Shown here: one piece after another, positions 13,863 to 23,458 of the stretch
How the letters are laid out: each line of letters starts with the position of its first letter
Numbering within the stretch: the first letter of the stretch is position 1
NCBI GenBank assembly: GCA_017853275.1
Contig: JAFMJV010000010.1
Location: 420 to 64,419, forward strand
Direction of reading: 5' to 3'
DNA: 64,000 nt
DNA from: Chloroflexota bacterium
GTDB taxonomy: Bacteria; Chloroflexota; Limnocylindria; Limnocylindrales; CSP1-4
Notes under the pieces: model-generated
What the model saw: only the letters and a program-made list of their open reading frames with translations
Databases searched by the model: none
What the model was told of the DNA's origin: nothing
Position numbers and translations under genes: made by a program

Positions 13863-14933
13863 GTGCCGGAACCTGCGCCGATGGCCCCGATGGGGCCGCG
13901 GGTCGCGGTGATCGAGGATGACGCGTCGATCCGTCGTCTCCTCGTCCGGATCCTCGAGGCGGAGGGGTACGGCACGATCGCCGTCGGCGACGGTGACGCC
14001 GGCCTCCGGGCGATCCACGAGCATCAGCCCGACCTCGTCATCCTCGACCTCAGCCTCCCCCGGATCGATGGCCACGAGCTGATCCGCCGGCTGCGTGCCG
14101 ATCCGCGCACGGTCGCGCTGCCGGTCATCGTCCTCACCGGCCACACCGCGAGCGCGGACATGATCGCCGCGCTGGATGCGGGAGCGGACGATTTCGTCGC
14201 GAAGCCCTTCCAGCAGCTCGAGCTCCTCGCCCGGCTGCGCAGCGCGTGGCGGATGCGCCAGGTGACGCTGAAGATGGAGGATGCCCACGCGATCGTGGTC
14301 GCCCTCGTCAACGCGGTCGAGGCGAAGGACGTCGACCTCAAGGACCACTGCCGGAACCTCGCCTTCCGGGCGGCCCGCCTCGGTGCCTACGTGGGGCTCC
14401 GGGACCAGGAGCTCGACGAGGTCGCCTTCGGCGCCCTTCTCCACGACATCGGCAAGATCGCGCTCCCGGAGGCGATCCTCCACAAGCCCGGCCCCCTCAC
14501 GGAGGACGAGATCCGGGAGATGCGCCTCCACCCGGTGATCGGGGAGCGGATCATCGGCCCGCTCCGGATCGCGCGCGACTTCTCCCCGATCATCCGCCAC
14601 CACCACGAGCGCTGGGACGGGCGGGGCTACCCGGACGGCCTCGCCGGGGAGGCGATCCCCCTCGGTGCCCGGATCGTGGCGATCGCGGACGCCTTCGATG
14701 CCATCGTGCGCGGCCGTGTCTATCGCGCCGCGCGCACCCTGGACGAGGCGATCGAGGAGCTGCGCCGTCACTCCGGGAGCCAGTTCGACCCCGGGCTCAT
14801 CCCGCTCTTCATCGACGAGATCGAGCGGGTCGGCTCCGGGACGCCGCCCCCCGTGGAGCTGCCGAGCGTCGCCCGTCTCGCGGTCGCCGTCCCGATCCGC
14901 CCCGACCCGGTCCCCGCACGACCGCGCCCATGA
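13863..14933 (+). CDS. Response regulator with an HD-GYP (RpfG-type c-di-GMP phosphodiesterase) output domain
   Basis: REC: 'VAVIEDDASIRRLL...DLVILDLSLP...DFVAKPF'. HD-GYP: 'LLHDIGKIALP', 'HHERWDGRGYPDGL'. GTG 13863 has an SD; an alternative ATG is at 13881. Confidence 0.88.
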   Translation: MPEPAPMAPMGPRVAVIEDDASIRRLLVRILEAEGYGTIAVGDGDAGLRAIHEHQPDLVILDLSLPRIDGHELIRRLRADPRTVALPVIVLTGHTASADMIAALDAGADDFVAKPFQQLELLARLRSAWRMRQVTLKMEDAHAIVVALVNAVEAKDVDLKDHCRNLAFRAARLGAYVGLRDQELDEVAFGALLHDIGKIALPEAILHKPGPLTEDEIREMRLHPVIGERIIGPLRIARDFSPIIRHHHERWDGRGYPDGLAGEAIPLGARIVAIADAFDAIVRGRVYRAARTLDEAIEELRRHSGSQFDPGLIPLFIDEIERVGSGTPPPVELPSVARLAVAVPIRPDPVPARPRP

Positions 14934-15646
14934 GCGCGGCGGGGCGGCCCTCCCCGTTCGTCTACCACTTCGTCCGGATCGTCCTGCGCGTGATCTGCGG
15001 CGCCTACGTGCGGATCCGTGTCGAGGGCACGGAGCACCTGCCTGCCGGGGAGGGTGGCTACCTCGCCTGCTTCAACCACCCCTCGTGGGTCGACCCGATC
15101 GTCCTCTCCGCGGCGTGGCCGGATGGCCGGCGCCGGCAGCGCGTCTTCGGGCCGCGGGAGGAGACGATGGCGGTGGGGGCGCGGAACCGGATCATCACCT
15201 GGACCGGACGCGGGATCCCCTTCCGGCCCCACGGGGCGGACGCGCTCGATGCGACGCGCCGCGCAACCGCGGCCCTCCGTGCGGGGGATGCGGTGATGAT
15301 CGCGGGGGAGGGGAGGCTCTCGGACCACGAGGGGGTCGTCCGGCCGATCGAGACCGGGGTCGGCCACTTCGCGCAGCTCGCGGGGGTCCCCGTCGTCCCG
15401 GTCGGGATCATCGGGACCCGCTGGGTCCACTTCGGGAAGACGATCCGGATCGTCATCGGCCGGCCGGTCGACCCGGCCGCCTTCCCGCGCGGCAAGGCCG
15501 GGGTCGCCCTCCTCACGCTCGCGATCCACGACGCCGTCCAGGAGCTGGTGGACGGAACCGATGACGGGCCGGTCCCCGGTCGCTTCGGCGCATGGCTCTC
15601 CGATCTCTTCAACGACCGGCCGTGGCTCGAGGAGGAGACGCGATGA
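14930..15646 (+). CDS. Lysophospholipid (1-acyl-sn-glycerol-3-phosphate) acyltransferase family protein
   Basis: 238 aa. HX4D motif 'CFNHPSWVDP'; 'IAGEGRLS'; 'PVVPVGIIGT'. ATGA overlap with the regulator gene's stop. Confidence 0.8.
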   Translation: MSAAGRPSPFVYHFVRIVLRVICGAYVRIRVEGTEHLPAGEGGYLACFNHPSWVDPIVLSAAWPDGRRRQRVFGPREETMAVGARNRIITWTGRGIPFRPHGADALDATRRATAALRAGDAVMIAGEGRLSDHEGVVRPIETGVGHFAQLAGVPVVPVGIIGTRWVHFGKTIRIVIGRPVDPAAFPRGKAGVALLTLAIHDAVQELVDGTDDGPVPGRFGAWLSDLFNDRPWLEEETR

Positions 15647-16767
15647 CGGACGAGCAGGGGATCGTCTTCCGCGGCCCGGGGGCGCCGCTCGTCCCGGAGC
15701 CCCTCCGGCTCGATCCGCCCGGTCCGGGCGAGGTCCGGGTCCGGATCGTCGCGTCGGGGGTCTGCCGCTCCGACCTCCACGTGGTGGACGGCGACTGGGA
15801 GCGCCCTGCGGGGGTCGTCCTCGGCCACGAGGGGGCGGGGATCGTCGAGGCGCTCGGGCCCGGCGTCCCGGAGCGCCCCGCGGATCGGCCCGCGGGGAGC
15901 GGCGGGCTGCGCACCGGCGATCTCGTCGTCCTCGCCTGGACCGCCCCCTGCGCCACCTGCCCGGCCTGCCGGCGCCTGGAGCCCTGGCTCTGCGCCACGC
16001 CCCGCGGCGGGACGCACCGGACGGAGCCGGAGCTCGTCCGGCTGCGCCGCCCGGACGGGAGCCCGGTCGGGGTCTACAGCGGCGTCGGCACCCATGCCAC
16101 GGCCCAGGTCGTGGATGCCGCGGCCGCGATCGCGGTCGACCCCCGCACGCCGCACGACGTGGCGGCGCTCATCGGCTGCGCGGCGACGACCGGGGTCGGG
16201 GCCGTCCGGTGGACCGCGGGCGTTCGGGCGGGGGAGCGGGTCGCGATCCTCGGCATGGGCGGAGTCGGGCTCTCCGCCCTCCTCGCCGCGATCGCGGCCG
16301 GGGCGGAGGTGACAGCCGTCGACCCCGTCCCGGAGAAGCGCGCCCGCGCGCGGGCGCTCGGAGCAGTCGACGCGGTCGATCCCGGGGATGACGCGCACCT
16401 CGCCCGGCTCGGCCGGCCCTTCGACCACGTCCTCGAGTGCATCGGCCTCGCGAGCGCCGTCGAGGGGGCCCTGCGGCTCGTCCGCCCCGGCGGCACGGTG
16501 ACCGTCGTGGGGATGCCGCCGCAGGGGGTGACGGCGGCTGTGGAGCTCTACTCCTTCGTCGTGGACGGGATCCGGCTCCTTGGCTCGAACTACGGCTCGC
16601 TCGTTCCGGAGCGGGACCTGCCGGAGATCGCCGCGGATGTCGTGACGGGACGGCTCCCGCTCGGACGGCTCATCGACGCCCACCTCCCGCTCGCCGCTCT
16701 CCCGGACGCGCTGGCGGCGATGCGGCGCGGCGAGGGAGCCCGCCGGATCCTTCTCCCCGGGGGCTGA
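15643..16767 (+). CDS. Zinc-dependent alcohol dehydrogenase family protein
   Basis: 'GVCRSDLHVVDG', 'LGHEGAGIVEALG', structural-Zn Cys cluster 'CATCPACRRLEPWLC', Rossmann 'ILGMGGVGLSA'. ATGA overlap with the upstream gene. Confidence 0.88.
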   Translation: MTDEQGIVFRGPGAPLVPEPLRLDPPGPGEVRVRIVASGVCRSDLHVVDGDWERPAGVVLGHEGAGIVEALGPGVPERPADRPAGSGGLRTGDLVVLAWTAPCATCPACRRLEPWLCATPRGGTHRTEPELVRLRRPDGSPVGVYSGVGTHATAQVVDAAAAIAVDPRTPHDVAALIGCAATTGVGAVRWTAGVRAGERVAILGMGGVGLSALLAAIAAGAEVTAVDPVPEKRARARALGAVDAVDPGDDAHLARLGRPFDHVLECIGLASAVEGALRLVRPGGTVTVVGMPPQGVTAAVELYSFVVDGIRLLGSNYGSLVPERDLPEIAADVVTGRLPLGRLIDAHLPLAALPDALAAMRRGEGARRILLPGG

Positions 16768-16770
16768 TAC

Positions 16771-16784
16771 CGAACGGACGTTCG
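16771..16784. promoter_or_regulatory. Candidate LexA/SOS (Cheo-type) box CGAAC-GGAC-GTTCG upstream of dnaE
   Basis: A perfect inverted repeat, CGAAC N4 GTTCG, 4 nt after the ADH stop, about 34 nt upstream of the -10 at 16818 and 51 nt before the dnaE ATG. Confidence 0.5.
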
Positions 16785-16817
16785 ATGCTCGCGAGGACCG
16801 CGACGGGGTCCCCGTGG

Positions 16818-16823
16818 TAGCCT
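16818..16823 (+). promoter_or_regulatory. Extended -10 TGgTAGCCT upstream of dnaE
   Basis: TG at 16815-16816, hexamer TAGCCT, ATG 11 nt downstream (very short leader). Confidence 0.4.
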
Positions 16824-16834
16824 TGTCGACGCGG

Positions 16835-19800
16835 ATGAGCATCGCCCCGAACGACTTCACCCACCTCCACGTCCACACCGAGTTCAGCCTTCTCGACGGG
16901 CTCGGGCGGATCGACGACCTCGTCGGGCAGGCGTCCGCGCTCGGCTTCGATTCCCTCGCGATCACGGACCATGGCGCGCTCTACGGCGCGGTCGCCTTCT
17001 ACCAGGCCTGCCAGGCCCGGGAGATCAAGCCGATCATCGGCGTCGAGACCTACATGGCGCGCCGTTCGATGCGCGACCGGGACCCCAAGCTGGACAGCCA
17101 GCCCTTCCATCTCGTCCTCCTCGCGAAGGACTGGACCGGGTACCGGAACCTCTGCCGGCTCGTCACGGAGGCGCACGTCGAGGGCTACTACTACAAGCCG
17201 CGCATCGACAAGGAGCTCCTCGCGAAGCACGCCGAGGGCCTCATCGGGCTCTCCGCCTGCCTCGGCGGCGAGGTCCCCCGCGCGCTGGAGACGGACGACT
17301 TCGCGGCCGCCCAGCGGATCGCCGGCGAGTACACGGAGATCTTCGGCAAGGACGGCTTCTTCCTCGAGGTCCAGGACCACGGGATGAGCGAGCAGGCGGC
17401 GCTCACCCGGAAGCTCCTCGAGCTCGGGCCGCGCGCCGGGCTCCCCTTCGTCGCCACGAACGACCTCCACTACGTCCGCCGGGATCAGCACGAGGCCCAC
17501 GACGTCCTCCTGTGCGTCGGGACGGCCTCGAACCTGAGCGATCCGAACCGCTTCCGGATCGAGGGCGAGGAGCACTACCTGAAGAGTGCCGCGGAGATGG
17601 AGGCGCTCTTCCGCGACATCCCCGGCGCGATCGCGAACACGCGCCGGATCGCGGAGATGACGGACCTCCGGATGACCTTCGGGAAGCACCGGCTGCCGAA
17701 CTTCCCGGTCCCCCCGGGGCACACGGTGGAGAGCTGGCTCCGGGCGGAATGCGAGCGCGGGCTCGTGGAGCGCTACGGGATCGTGACGGACGAGATCCGG
17801 AAGCGCCTGGACTACGAGCTCGGGATCATCGTCTCGATGGGCTACGCGGCCTACTTCCTCATCGTCGCGGACTTCGTCCGCTTCGCCAAGGAGCAGCGGA
17901 TCGCGACCACCTGCCGAGGCTCCGCGCCCGGCTCGATCGTCACCTACACGCTGGGGATCACCCCGGTGGACCCGATCCTCTACCAGCTCCCCTTCGAGCG
18001 CTTCCTCAACCCGGACCGGGTGACGATGCCGGATATCGACGTCGACTTCGAGGATGCCCGGCGTGAGGAGGTCATCAACTACGTCACCCGGAAGTACGGC
18101 CAGGACCACGTCGCGCAGATCATCACCTTCGGCACGATGCTCGCGCGCGCCGCGATCCGGGACGTGGGCCGCGTCCTCGGGCTCGGCTACAGCGAGGTGG
18201 ACCGGATCGCGAAGGCGGTCCCGGAGCAGCTCGGGATCACCCTGAACGAGGCGCTCGAGACCTCCTCCGCGCTGCGCGAGATCGTGGAGGGTGACCCCCA
18301 GGTCGCCCGCCTCATCGAGATCGCGAAGCAGCTGGAAGGGGTCGCCCGGAACGCGTCCACCCACGCCGCGGGCGTCGTCATCTCGGACGAGCCGCTGACG
18401 GAGCTGATGCCGCTCCAGAAGGCGACGAACTCGGACGCGCTGATGACCCAGTACGAGATGCACGGGGTGGAGGCGCTCGGGCTCCTGAAGTTCGACTTCC
18501 TCGGGCTCTCCAACCTGACGATCCTGCGCCAGGCGGTCGACCTCATCGCCGAGACGCGCGGGGAGGAGCGGATCGACCTCGACCGGATCCCCCTGGACGA
18601 TGCGAAGACCTTCGAGCTCCTCGGCTCCGGCGAGACGACCGGCGTCTTCCAGCTCGAGTCCGCGGGGATGCGCCGCTACATCAAGGAGCTCCGCCCGAGC
18701 TCCGTCTACGACCTCGCGGCGATGGTCGCCCTCTTCCGCCCGGGTCCGATGGACAACATCCCGGCCTATATCCGCCGCAAGCACGGCCAGGAGCCGGTCA
18801 CCTTCCTGCACCCGCTCCTCAAGCCCTACCTCGAGAAGACCTACGGGATCTTCGTCTACCAGGAGGACATCATGGCCGCCGCCGTCGCGCTCGGCGGCTT
18901 CACCGGCCCGGAGGCGGACACGCTCGGCTACGCGATCCGGAAGAAGAAGGCGGCCGTCCTCCGCGCCCAGAAGGAGAAGTTCATCACCCAGGCCGGGGAG
19001 CGCGGGATCCCGGGCGAGACGATCGACGCCGTCTTCAAGGCCTTCGAGCCCTTCGAGCGCTACGGGTTCAACAAGGCTCACGCGACCTGCTACGGGATGA
19101 TCGCCTACCAGACCGCCTACCTGAAGGCGAACTACACGGTCGAGTACATGTGCTCGGTCCTCACCGCCTTCCGGGACAACACGGACAAGGTGGCGGCGGG
19201 TGTCGCGGAGTGCCGCCGGCTGGGGATCACCGTCGAGCCGCCGGACCTCCTCCGCTCCGGGCTCCACTTCACCGTGGAAGGCGCCTCGATCCGCTTCGGG
19301 CTCCTCGCGATCAAGAACGTCGGTGAGAGCGCGATCGTCTCGATCATCGCGGCGCGCACCGCGGACGGCCCCTTCCGCTCCCTCGCGGACCTCTGCTCGC
19401 GCGTCGATCTCCGGCTCGTCAACAAGCGCGTCCTGGAATCGCTCATCAAGGTCGGCGCCCTCTCCGGGCTCGGCCATCCCGCCCAGCTCCTCCTCGCCCT
19501 GGACGATGCGATCGCCTACGGCCAGGCCCAGCAGCGGGACCGGGTCTCCGGCCAGGTCTCCCTCTTCGATGGTCTCGCGACCGAGGAGGTGGAGCTCGCC
19601 CGGCCGCTTCCCGTCGCCACGCCCGCCTCCTCGCGCGAGCGGCTGCGCTGGGAGAAGGAGCTCCTCGGCCTCTACCTCTCGGACCACCCGCTCGGCGAGC
19701 TCGCGGCGGAGATCGGGCGCTACGTGAACGCCTACGCCGGGGACCTCGGCGCGGACCTGGACCAGCAGCGGGTCGCGATCGGCGGCGTCGTGACGGCGAT

Positions 19801-20785
19801 CCGCAAGGTGATGACGAAGAGCCGGGCGGAGATGGCGGTCGTCACGCTGGAAGACCTCCAGGGCCCGGTGGAGGTCGTCGTCTTCCCCAAGACGTACGAG
19901 CAGACCGCGCCGACCTGGGTGGATGGCGCGGTCCTCATCGTCGCCGGGCGCGTGGACCACAAGGGCGACGAGACCGTCGTCCTCGCGGATGCGGTCTGGA
20001 CCTGGGAGGACGCGGTCGAGATGGGGCCGGAGGGGTTCGCCGCAGCCGTGGCGGCCGGTGACCGGCCCCGGCGGAACGGCCGCGACCGTGGCGCCTGGGG
20101 TGGCGAGGGCGCCTCCCGGAACGGAGCTCCGCCGGCTGCCTCGCGTCCGCCCATGAACGGCTCCGCGCCCCGTCCGTCCGCCGCCCCCGCCGCCGTGGAC
20201 GCGCCGGCGGCTCCGCGCAGCCCCGCACCGGCGCCGGCCGTCCCGCCCGCCGATCTGCCGATCGTGCGCACGATCCAGGACCTCTCCCCGCTGCGGGGCG
20301 GCGGTGTCCGGGGGATGCTCGAGGTGACGATCACCGGGACCGCCCACGAGACGCGCCGGATCGGCCTCCCGGGACCCACGCCAGGCCCTGCTGCGCCCGC
20401 CGAGCCCGGCACGATCGCCCCCGGTCCCGCATCGCTGGAGGCGATCGGCGAGGGGCCCGCGGATGACGAGCCGCCGTGGCCGGACGAGACGCGCGCCGAG
20501 GTGGCGCGTGCCGCCGAGGAACCGACGCCCGCCGTGGAGGCGCCCGCCGGGGGCACGCTCCATGTGCGCTTCCCGGACGACCGCGCCGATGCCGTCCTCG
20601 CCGCCTTCACGGCGCTCCGGGAGCTCTTCTCGGCGCGTCCCGGGGGGACCTCCGTCGTCCTCCACGTGCCGGCCCCCGGTGGGATCCAGCCGATGGCCCT
20701 GCGGACGGGGGTCGCCTACGATGCCGAGCTCCTCGCCGAGGCGCAGCGACGGCTCGGCGCGAGCGTCGCGCTCGAGATCGCCTGA
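16835..20785 (+). CDS. dnaE: DNA polymerase III alpha subunit (DnaE1-type) with a long Pro/Ala-rich C-terminal extension
   Basis: PHP 'FTHLHVHTEFSLLDG'; 'PDIDVDF'; 'FNKAHATCYG'; OB fold 'VAIGGVVTAIRKVMTK...'. About 1,316 aa, with roughly 250 aa beyond the OB fold. Confidence 0.95.
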   Translation: MSIAPNDFTHLHVHTEFSLLDGLGRIDDLVGQASALGFDSLAITDHGALYGAVAFYQACQAREIKPIIGVETYMARRSMRDRDPKLDSQPFHLVLLAKDWTGYRNLCRLVTEAHVEGYYYKPRIDKELLAKHAEGLIGLSACLGGEVPRALETDDFAAAQRIAGEYTEIFGKDGFFLEVQDHGMSEQAALTRKLLELGPRAGLPFVATNDLHYVRRDQHEAHDVLLCVGTASNLSDPNRFRIEGEEHYLKSAAEMEALFRDIPGAIANTRRIAEMTDLRMTFGKHRLPNFPVPPGHTVESWLRAECERGLVERYGIVTDEIRKRLDYELGIIVSMGYAAYFLIVADFVRFAKEQRIATTCRGSAPGSIVTYTLGITPVDPILYQLPFERFLNPDRVTMPDIDVDFEDARREEVINYVTRKYGQDHVAQIITFGTMLARAAIRDVGRVLGLGYSEVDRIAKAVPEQLGITLNEALETSSALREIVEGDPQVARLIEIAKQLEGVARNASTHAAGVVISDEPLTELMPLQKATNSDALMTQYEMHGVEALGLLKFDFLGLSNLTILRQAVDLIAETRGEERIDLDRIPLDDAKTFELLGSGETTGVFQLESAGMRRYIKELRPSSVYDLAAMVALFRPGPMDNIPAYIRRKHGQEPVTFLHPLLKPYLEKTYGIFVYQEDIMAAAVALGGFTGPEADTLGYAIRKKKAAVLRAQKEKFITQAGERGIPGETIDAVFKAFEPFERYGFNKAHATCYGMIAYQTAYLKANYTVEYMCSVLTAFRDNTDKVAAGVAECRRLGITVEPPDLLRSGLHFTVEGASIRFGLLAIKNVGESAIVSIIAARTADGPFRSLADLCSRVDLRLVNKRVLESLIKVGALSGLGHPAQLLLALDDAIAYGQAQQRDRVSGQVSLFDGLATEEVELARPLPVATPASSRERLRWEKELLGLYLSDHPLGELAAEIGRYVNAYAGDLGADLDQQRVAIGGVVTAIRKVMTKSRAEMAVVTLEDLQGPVEVVVFPKTYEQTAPTWVDGAVLIVAGRVDHKGDETVVLADAVWTWEDAVEMGPEGFAAAVAAGDRPRRNGRDRGAWGGEGASRNGAPPAASRPPMNGSAPRPSAAPAAVDAPAAPRSPAPAPAVPPADLPIVRTIQDLSPLRGGGVRGMLEVTITGTAHETRRIGLPGPTPGPAAPAEPGTIAPGPASLEAIGEGPADDEPPWPDETRAEVARAAEEPTPAVEAPAGGTLHVRFPDDRADAVLAAFTALRELFSARPGGTSVVLHVPAPGGIQPMALRTGVAYDAELLAEAQRRLGASVALEIA

Positions 20786-20791
20786 GGCCGC

Positions 20792-22075
20792 TCAGCCGGC
20801 CGGGGCGGGGCGTCCCACGACGCGGCCGTCCGCATCCACCCGCATCCGGACGAGCTCCGGGCGGAGGAGCAGGACGATGACGAGCGCCACCATGATCCCG
20901 AGCCCGAAGAGGAGGAGGGTCGTGAGCGCGCCCACGTTGCTCGCCACGATCCCGCCGAGGATCGCGCCGAGGGGCATCAGGCCCCAGTAGAGGAGCGAGA
21001 AGAGCGCCGTCAGGCGGCCGCGCACGGCCGGGGCGCCAAGCGCCTGGATGAGCGCGAGCGTCGTGGCGCCATAGATCGCGAAGCCTGCCCCTGCGATGCC
21101 CATCGAGAGGACGGCGAGCGGAAGGGTCGGGCTCAGGCCGCACAGGACGAGACCCGTCACGACCGCCGCCGCACCGAGGACGATGACGCCACCCTGGCCG
21201 ATCCGGCGCATCAGCCGCTCCGCGATGCTCCCCGCGAGCAGCCCGCCCGCACCGACCGCCGCGACGAGCGCGCCGAAGCCGTTCGCGCCGCCGCCGAGCT
21301 CGGTCGCCGCGACCGGCAGCTGGTAGTTGAAGGCGAGCCCGAGCGTGCCCATCACGGAGGTGAGTGCGATGAGGGCGGCGATCGCGGGGTCCCGGAATGC
21401 GTGCCCCGCCGCCTCGAGGAGGGGGGCCACGAGGGCGCCGCGCGCGAGCGGCGCGCGGACGGGCGAGGCGATCGGGAGACGCACGATCGCGAGCGCGGTC
21501 CCCACGGACATCAGCCCGGCGATGAGGAGGGTGACGCCGCCGGGGTAGAGGGCGAGCGTGACCCCCGCGAAGAGGCCGCCGGCGATCCGGCCGAAGTTCA
21601 CGGTGATCCAGATGAGCGTCATCGCGCTCGGCAGGAGCCCGGGCGGGACGAGATCCTGGGCGATCGTCATCCCCGCGGGCGACCCGAGCACGGAGAGGGT
21701 GCCGATGACGACCGCGGCGACCGCGATCGCCGCCCACGGCAGACCGGCGACGAGCGCGAGGATGCCGAGCCCGGCCACGGCCGCGCCGGTGAGGGCGAGG
21801 GAGAGGGCGAGCATCCGCTTCCCGCCGAACCAGTCCGCGAGGAGGCCGGCATGGAGGGTGAGGAGGGTGAAGGGGAGGGCGAAGAGGAAGCCGACCCCCG
21901 CGACCCCGGCCGGGCTCCCCGATGCCTGGAGGGCGGCCCAGTTGATCCCCGCGCTGAGGATGAAGGTGGCGGTGTTCGAGACGAGGGTCGCGCCGAAGAA
22001 GGTCCGGAACGACGGGAAGGCGAGGGCGCTCCAGCCGAGCCGTTCGGCCCGGCTCCGCGCCGGAGCGGCATCCAT
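20792..22075 (-). CDS. MFS transporter (paralog 1 of a tandem pair)
   Basis: 427 aa from ATG 22075, about 12 TM segments. 'FRTFFGATLVSN', 'RGRLTALFSLLYWGLMPLGA'. Confidence 0.8.
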   Translation of the reverse strand: MDAAPARSRAERLGWSALAFPSFRTFFGATLVSNTATFILSAGINWAALQASGSPAGVAGVGFLFALPFTLLTLHAGLLADWFGGKRMLALSLALTGAAVAGLGILALVAGLPWAAIAVAAVVIGTLSVLGSPAGMTIAQDLVPPGLLPSAMTLIWITVNFGRIAGGLFAGVTLALYPGGVTLLIAGLMSVGTALAIVRLPIASPVRAPLARGALVAPLLEAAGHAFRDPAIAALIALTSVMGTLGLAFNYQLPVAATELGGGANGFGALVAAVGAGGLLAGSIAERLMRRIGQGGVIVLGAAAVVTGLVLCGLSPTLPLAVLSMGIAGAGFAIYGATTLALIQALGAPAVRGRLTALFSLLYWGLMPLGAILGGIVASNVGALTTLLLFGLGIMVALVIVLLLRPELVRMRVDADGRVVGRPAPAG

Positions 22076-22112
22076 CCCTGCAGGATGGCAGACCCCGGGG
22101 GGCGCGATGCGG

Positions 22113-23453
22113 TCAGGGCGCGGGGAGCACCCCCCGGCGGCCGGCCCGCGTCGGGCGTCCCTCTCCATCGACCCGCATCCGCCGGACGTCGCCGCCCGCG
22201 ATGAGACCGGCGAGCGAGACGAGGAGGATCGCGACCCCGAAGACGAGGAGGGTGTGGAGCCCGCCGATCGCGCTCGCCATGACCCCGCCGATCAGCGCGC
22301 CGAGCGGCATCAGCCCCCAGTAGAGGAGGGAGAAGAGCGCGGTCAGCCGCCCCCGCAGCTCGGGGGCCGCGAGCGCCTGGAGGAGGCTCAGCGTCCCCGC
22401 CGCGTAGACCGCGAAGCCTGCCCCGGCGATCGCCATCCCCACCGCCGCGACGGCGAGCGTCCCGGCGAGCCCGCACACGATCATGCCGCCGCTCGCCAGC
22501 CACATCCCGAGCCACAGGATCCGTCCGTGGCCGAGCCCGCGCATCATCCGCTCGAGGAGGAGCCCGGTGATCAGGCCGCCGACCCCCACGACCCCGGTGA
22601 GGACCCCGAGCCCGTCCGCGCCGGCCCCCAGCTCGACCGCGGCGAGCGGGAGCTGGTAGTTGTAGCCCTGCCCGAGCGAGCCCATCACCGCGGTCATCAG
22701 GAAGAGGAGGGCGAGCGAGCGATCCCGGAAGGCGAACCCGGCGGCTTCCCGGAGGGGTGCCACGAGGGCGCCCCGGAGGACCGGGATCTCCGCGGGCGGG
22801 GGTGTCCGGAGGCGCCGGATCGCGAGCGCGGGCGGGATCATGAGGAGGCCCGCGAGGATGAGCGTCCAGCCGCCGGGGAGGAGCGCGAGGGTCACGCCGG
22901 CGACCGCCCCGCCGAGGATCCGGCCGAGGTTGACGTCGAGGAAGATGAGCGAGACCGCGCTTGGGACGGCGGCCGGCGGGATGATCTCGTTGACGAGCGT
23001 GAAGGACCCCGGGGAGCCGATCACCGCGATCGTGCCGAGGACCGCCGAGGCGACGCCGAGGACGAGGAAGGGGATCCCGCCCACGAGGCCGAGGAAGCCG
23101 AGGACGACGAGCGCGACCGCGCTCAGGAGGAGGGAGGCGACGACCATCCGCCGCGCCCCGAGCCGGTCCGTGAAGAGGCCGGCATGGAGGGTGAGGAGCG
23201 TGTACGGGATGACGTTCAGGAAGCCGATCGCCGCGACACCGGCGGCGGTGCCCGTCACCTCCCAGGAGATCCAGCCGATCCCGGCCCCCTGGACGAACTG
23301 CGCGCTGTTCGTCATCAGCTGCGCGGTGAAGAAGGTCCGGAAGGCGGGGAAGCCGAGGGCGGTGAACCCGTAGCGGGCGGCGCGTCCGGGGCGGGGGGCG
23401 GTCACCGGGCGAGCATCGCAGAGCGGCGTCCGGACGGCGCGCCCGATCCGCAT
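22113..23453 (-). CDS. MFS transporter (paralog 2 of a tandem pair)
   Basis: Collinear with paralog 1, including an identical 'RGRLTALFSLLYWGLMPLGA'. ATG 23453 lies only 5 nt from the tRNA-Leu 3' end. GTG 23405 would match the paralog's N-terminal length better. Confidence 0.78.
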   Translation of the reverse strand: MRIGRAVRTPLCDARPVTAPRPGRAARYGFTALGFPAFRTFFTAQLMTNSAQFVQGAGIGWISWEVTGTAAGVAAIGFLNVIPYTLLTLHAGLFTDRLGARRMVVASLLLSAVALVVLGFLGLVGGIPFLVLGVASAVLGTIAVIGSPGSFTLVNEIIPPAAVPSAVSLIFLDVNLGRILGGAVAGVTLALLPGGWTLILAGLLMIPPALAIRRLRTPPPAEIPVLRGALVAPLREAAGFAFRDRSLALLFLMTAVMGSLGQGYNYQLPLAAVELGAGADGLGVLTGVVGVGGLITGLLLERMMRGLGHGRILWLGMWLASGGMIVCGLAGTLAVAAVGMAIAGAGFAVYAAGTLSLLQALAAPELRGRLTALFSLLYWGLMPLGALIGGVMASAIGGLHTLLVFGVAILLVSLAGLIAGGDVRRMRVDGEGRPTRAGRRGVLPAP

Positions 23454-23458
23454 CTCGT

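Noticed and set aside
16835-20785. Whether the LexA-box-associated dnaE is actually an error-prone DnaE2/ImuC.
   Set aside because: It has an intact N-terminal PHP motif ('HLHVHTEFSLLDG') and an OB fold, is more than 1,300 aa, and has no imuA/imuB-like genes upstream. That is consistent with DnaE1. A phylogeny would be needed for certainty.
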